From Malacoraja senta (Eukaryota): a DNA stretch of 50,437 nt. Shown here one piece after another: positions 47,906-50,437 of this stretch. The position numbers were made by a program, and so were the translations under genes. The notes beneath the pieces were generated by a model. That model was not told the DNA's origin. It did no database searches and was given only the letters and a program-made list of their open reading frames with translations. The stretch is taken from contig JAXLNO010006056.1 in assembly GCA_038087875.1 (NCBI GenBank), forward strand, positions 1 through 50,437, read 5' to 3'. Each line of letters opens with the position of its first letter. The first letter of the stretch is position 1.

Positions 47906-47979
47906 GGTGGGTGGGTGAGTGGGTGGGTGTGTGTGTAGGTGAATGGGTGTGAGGGTGAGAATGTGTGTGTGTGTGTGTG
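47906..47979. repeat. Imperfect (GGGT)/(GT)n microsatellite
   Basis: Visible directly. Confidence 0.85.
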
Positions 47980-48520
47980 AAGGCCCAGAGCTGCAGGATA
48001 GTCAGGGTGAGTCGGTGTCTTGCCGGCGCCTCTGTAAAAATACATGATAACTGTCTTTTTCTTTACTTGTTTCATAATTATATTTCATGATAATCAGTGA
48101 GTGCAACCATGCAATATTTTGTCATCATTAAATTAAGTTTTATATGTTTTAATGTACTAGCTATACACTGGGATGTAGTAATAGGCTATAATCTTGTTTG
48201 ACCCTCTAGGGAGACTAGCTTGCTCCCCCCCCCCCAGCAAAATCTGAAATGCCCCTGACAGCTCCGACACCTAAAAAATTAGTATTGAACACTGCTTAAA
48301 CCTGTTTTTGCTGGTTCTTGATTACCCTACCCTGGGTAAAATAAATCCTGATCAATCGCCCTCATGATTTTAGAAAGCTCTCTAAGCACCAATTAAATGG
48401 TTTCAATTATAGATAGAGTAAGACTTTGTGGTTATTTCCAACAAGAATTTTAGACTAAAGAAAGGCCAGTGGAAGTACTTGGTCAAACAGCATCTGTGGA
48501 GGCAAATGACATATACCAAC

Positions 48521-48724
48521 TGTAAAGAGTCCATAACCAGGCATCGTTACTTTACTATCTTTATTCATACTGTAGTATCACACATTGCACTAGCTGTACG
48601 TGGTCTGTCACAGGAACTAGAGAGCGATCTGTGGGTGGGGAGGTTGTAGATATACTTGTGATATAGGGAGTGGTTAGTAGGTATGAGGTCACAATGTTAA
48701 AGGCACATGCACATCTCATCTACA
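48521..48724 (-). mobile_element. 3' LTR (204 bp) of a Gypsy-type retrotransposon
   Basis: TGTA...TACA ends, directly adjacent to a PPT, with AATAAA on the - strand at 48560-48565. Confidence 0.85.
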
Positions 48725-48736
48725 TCCTTCCCCTCC
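48725..48736 (-). other. Polypurine tract (GGAGGGGAAGGA)
   Basis: Pure purine run on the - strand abutting the TG of the LTR, about 60 bp after the pol stop. Confidence 0.85.
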
Positions 48737-48793
48737 GAAAGGACAGGCAATTACAATGGTGACATGGCGACCACGGCTCATGCGCTAGGATGG

Positions 48794-50437
48794 TTAAACA
48801 AAATCGCCATAGCGGTCAGGCGGTTTGACAAGACGTCCCGCCCGGGTCCGCGTCTCGCCATCCATCCTTCCTGCAGGAGGAAGAGGCACCGGCGGTGACA
48901 GATGGACCTGAAAGGGGGAAAGGGGAGGAGAAGGAGGAGACCGCGGCACCGAACCCGGAGGGAAAGCGATATCTGGAACGGGAAAGGCGCGGGCAGGCGA
49001 GCGAGGACTAGTCGGAGCGGGGTGGGACGGAAGGGGCAGAGGAGGAGCAGAACGTTGCACGTGAGGAAGGACGGGCATAGCAACACCATTACGCGAAACT
49101 GGCAGTGGGGGAGCAAAGGGATCCGCGGCAGGAGGACGCGGCTCGTTGACGAGCCGAAGGTGCTGGCGGGACCGTCGGTAAATGACTCCGGCGTGGTCGA
49201 CGAGATAGGACCTGGGCGACCCCGCAGAGCCGACGAAGGTAGCGAGCTTGGAGTGACCGGGAGCCGTCTGCATACGGACAACTTGACCGGGGAAGAGGCG
49301 CGGCAGCGGGTGGCAGGACCTGTCATGGGAACGCTTTTGGACAGCGTGCCGAAAGGCAATGCGTTTCTGAACCGCCGGAGGTTGGAGGACAGAGGGTATG
49401 AGGGAGCGCTGGGCCACAGGGAGCGGGAGTCTCGTAGCGCGAGACATAAGCCGCTGAGCAGGTGAACCCATGGCAGAGTCGCGGAAAATGTTGCGAAGGT
49501 TGAGGAGGGCCAGATGGAAGTCGGAGTTAATGCCACCACACTGTTCCAGCAGGTGTTTCGCGCTGCGGACTGCGCGCTCGGCCAACCCGTTGCTTTGCGG
49601 GTACTCAGGGCTGCTAGTGAAATGGCGGAAGTTACATCTGGAAGCGAACGCTTTAAACTCGGAGCTCGTGAACTGGCTGCCATTGTCCGACTGCAGGCTT
49701 GCCGGGGTGCCAAAAGTGCCAAAATGAGGGTACAACCGATCGATGACGGCCGAAGAGGATAGGGAGCGCAGCCGGTCGACCACAAACCAGCTGGAGTAAG
49801 AGTCAACGAGAACCAGTCGAAAATGTCGGCGGCAAGCGCCATCCAGGGCAGTTCGGGCGCGGGCTGCTGCAGAAGCGGCTGACGCTGCTGGTGGGGGGCG
49901 AGGCTGTTGCAGGAGGAACACGAGGAGACCCTCTCCCGGATGTATTTGGCCATGTCCGGCCAATAGAACTTGCTCCTGGCGAGAGACACAGTGGCTTCGG
50001 CCCCAGGATGACCGCGGTGAGCGACTTGAAAATAGTGGTCGTGCAGCGCCGCGGGCACGACCACCTTGTGACCCTTCACCACCACGCCGTTGTGCAGTAC
50101 GAGCTCGTCCCGGACCAGGAAGTAGGGCTCGGCACCAGCCGGTAGCGCCGAACGACGATCGGGCCAGCCCTGCCGGATGATGGTAGACAGCTGTTGCAGG
50201 GCAGGGTCATTGGCAGTGTGTTCAATCAGGGACTTCATCTGCTGTGAAGGGACGATGTTCAATCGTAGCACCAATAGCTCAGACATTTCATATGGGTGCC
50301 GAGCGGTGGACGTCAGCGGGGCGCGAGACAACGTGTCGGCCACGAACATGTCCTTGCCCTTACGATAAACCACCGTGAACGTGAAGCGCTGGAGCTGCAG
50401 CATCATGCGCTGCAGGCGTGATGAGGCCACATGGATC
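48794..50437 (-). pseudogene. Gypsy/Ty3 (K02A2.6/Mag-like) pol 3' part: RNase H end, integrase HHCC and DDE core, Pro-rich tail; one frameshifting deletion
   Basis: RLQRMMLQL...YRKGKDMFVADTLSRA; H-x3-H...C-x2-C (AHRGH...CSSC); LVDSYS, SDNGSQF, SNGLAER; ends TRAGRLVKPPDRY. Frame switches at about 49815. Continues beyond the window. Confidence 0.92.

Noticed and set aside
47845-48075. 76-aa His/Thr-rich ORF
   Set aside because: Translation of the GT microsatellite.
47655-48260. Possible hAT-type MITE (CAGTGG... / ...GCCCCTG)
   Set aside because: The ends match poorly and no 8-bp TSD is present.
48902-50368. + strand ORFs (187, 85, 82, 84, 63 aa) and the off-frame parts of the 550/389-aa ORFs
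   Set aside because: Antisense or alternate-frame shadows of the GC-rich Gypsy pol.

Overview
Eukaryotic, repeat-dense vertebrate DNA, most likely a cartilaginous fish (skate/ray/shark), inferred from HE1-like tRNA-derived SINEs, CR1/Rex-like LINE tails and an elasmobranch-type MHC exon. Positions 1-10 kb hold the 3' half of an MHC class I-like gene on the + strand: an alpha3 Ig-C1 exon at 1864-2128 with two 1-bp deletions, a clean transmembrane exon at 6644-6751, and tentative cytoplasmic exons. Its introns are filled with SINEs, LINE fragments, a solo LTR and a 5'-truncated L1. From about 10.7 to 46.9 kb a single dead L1 lies on the - strand. A 604-bp GC-rich TIR element (MITE, TWA target duplication, Harbinger-like) is inserted at codon 4 of its ORF2. 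A 3.07-kb piece of this L1 (inter-ORF spacer + MITE + endonuclease + RT through YADD) was then amplified head-to-tail 11 times (12752-46537), giving a TE-derived macrosatellite with shared variants and a higher-order dimer. A 12th, inverted, independently inserted MITE lies at 9369-9972. The window ends in the 3' half of a Gypsy-type LTR retrotransposon (RNase H-integrase, PPT, 204-bp LTR). I found no intact novel protein-coding system. All analysis was by eye: boundaries of old repeats are approximate and family names are unconfirmed by database search.
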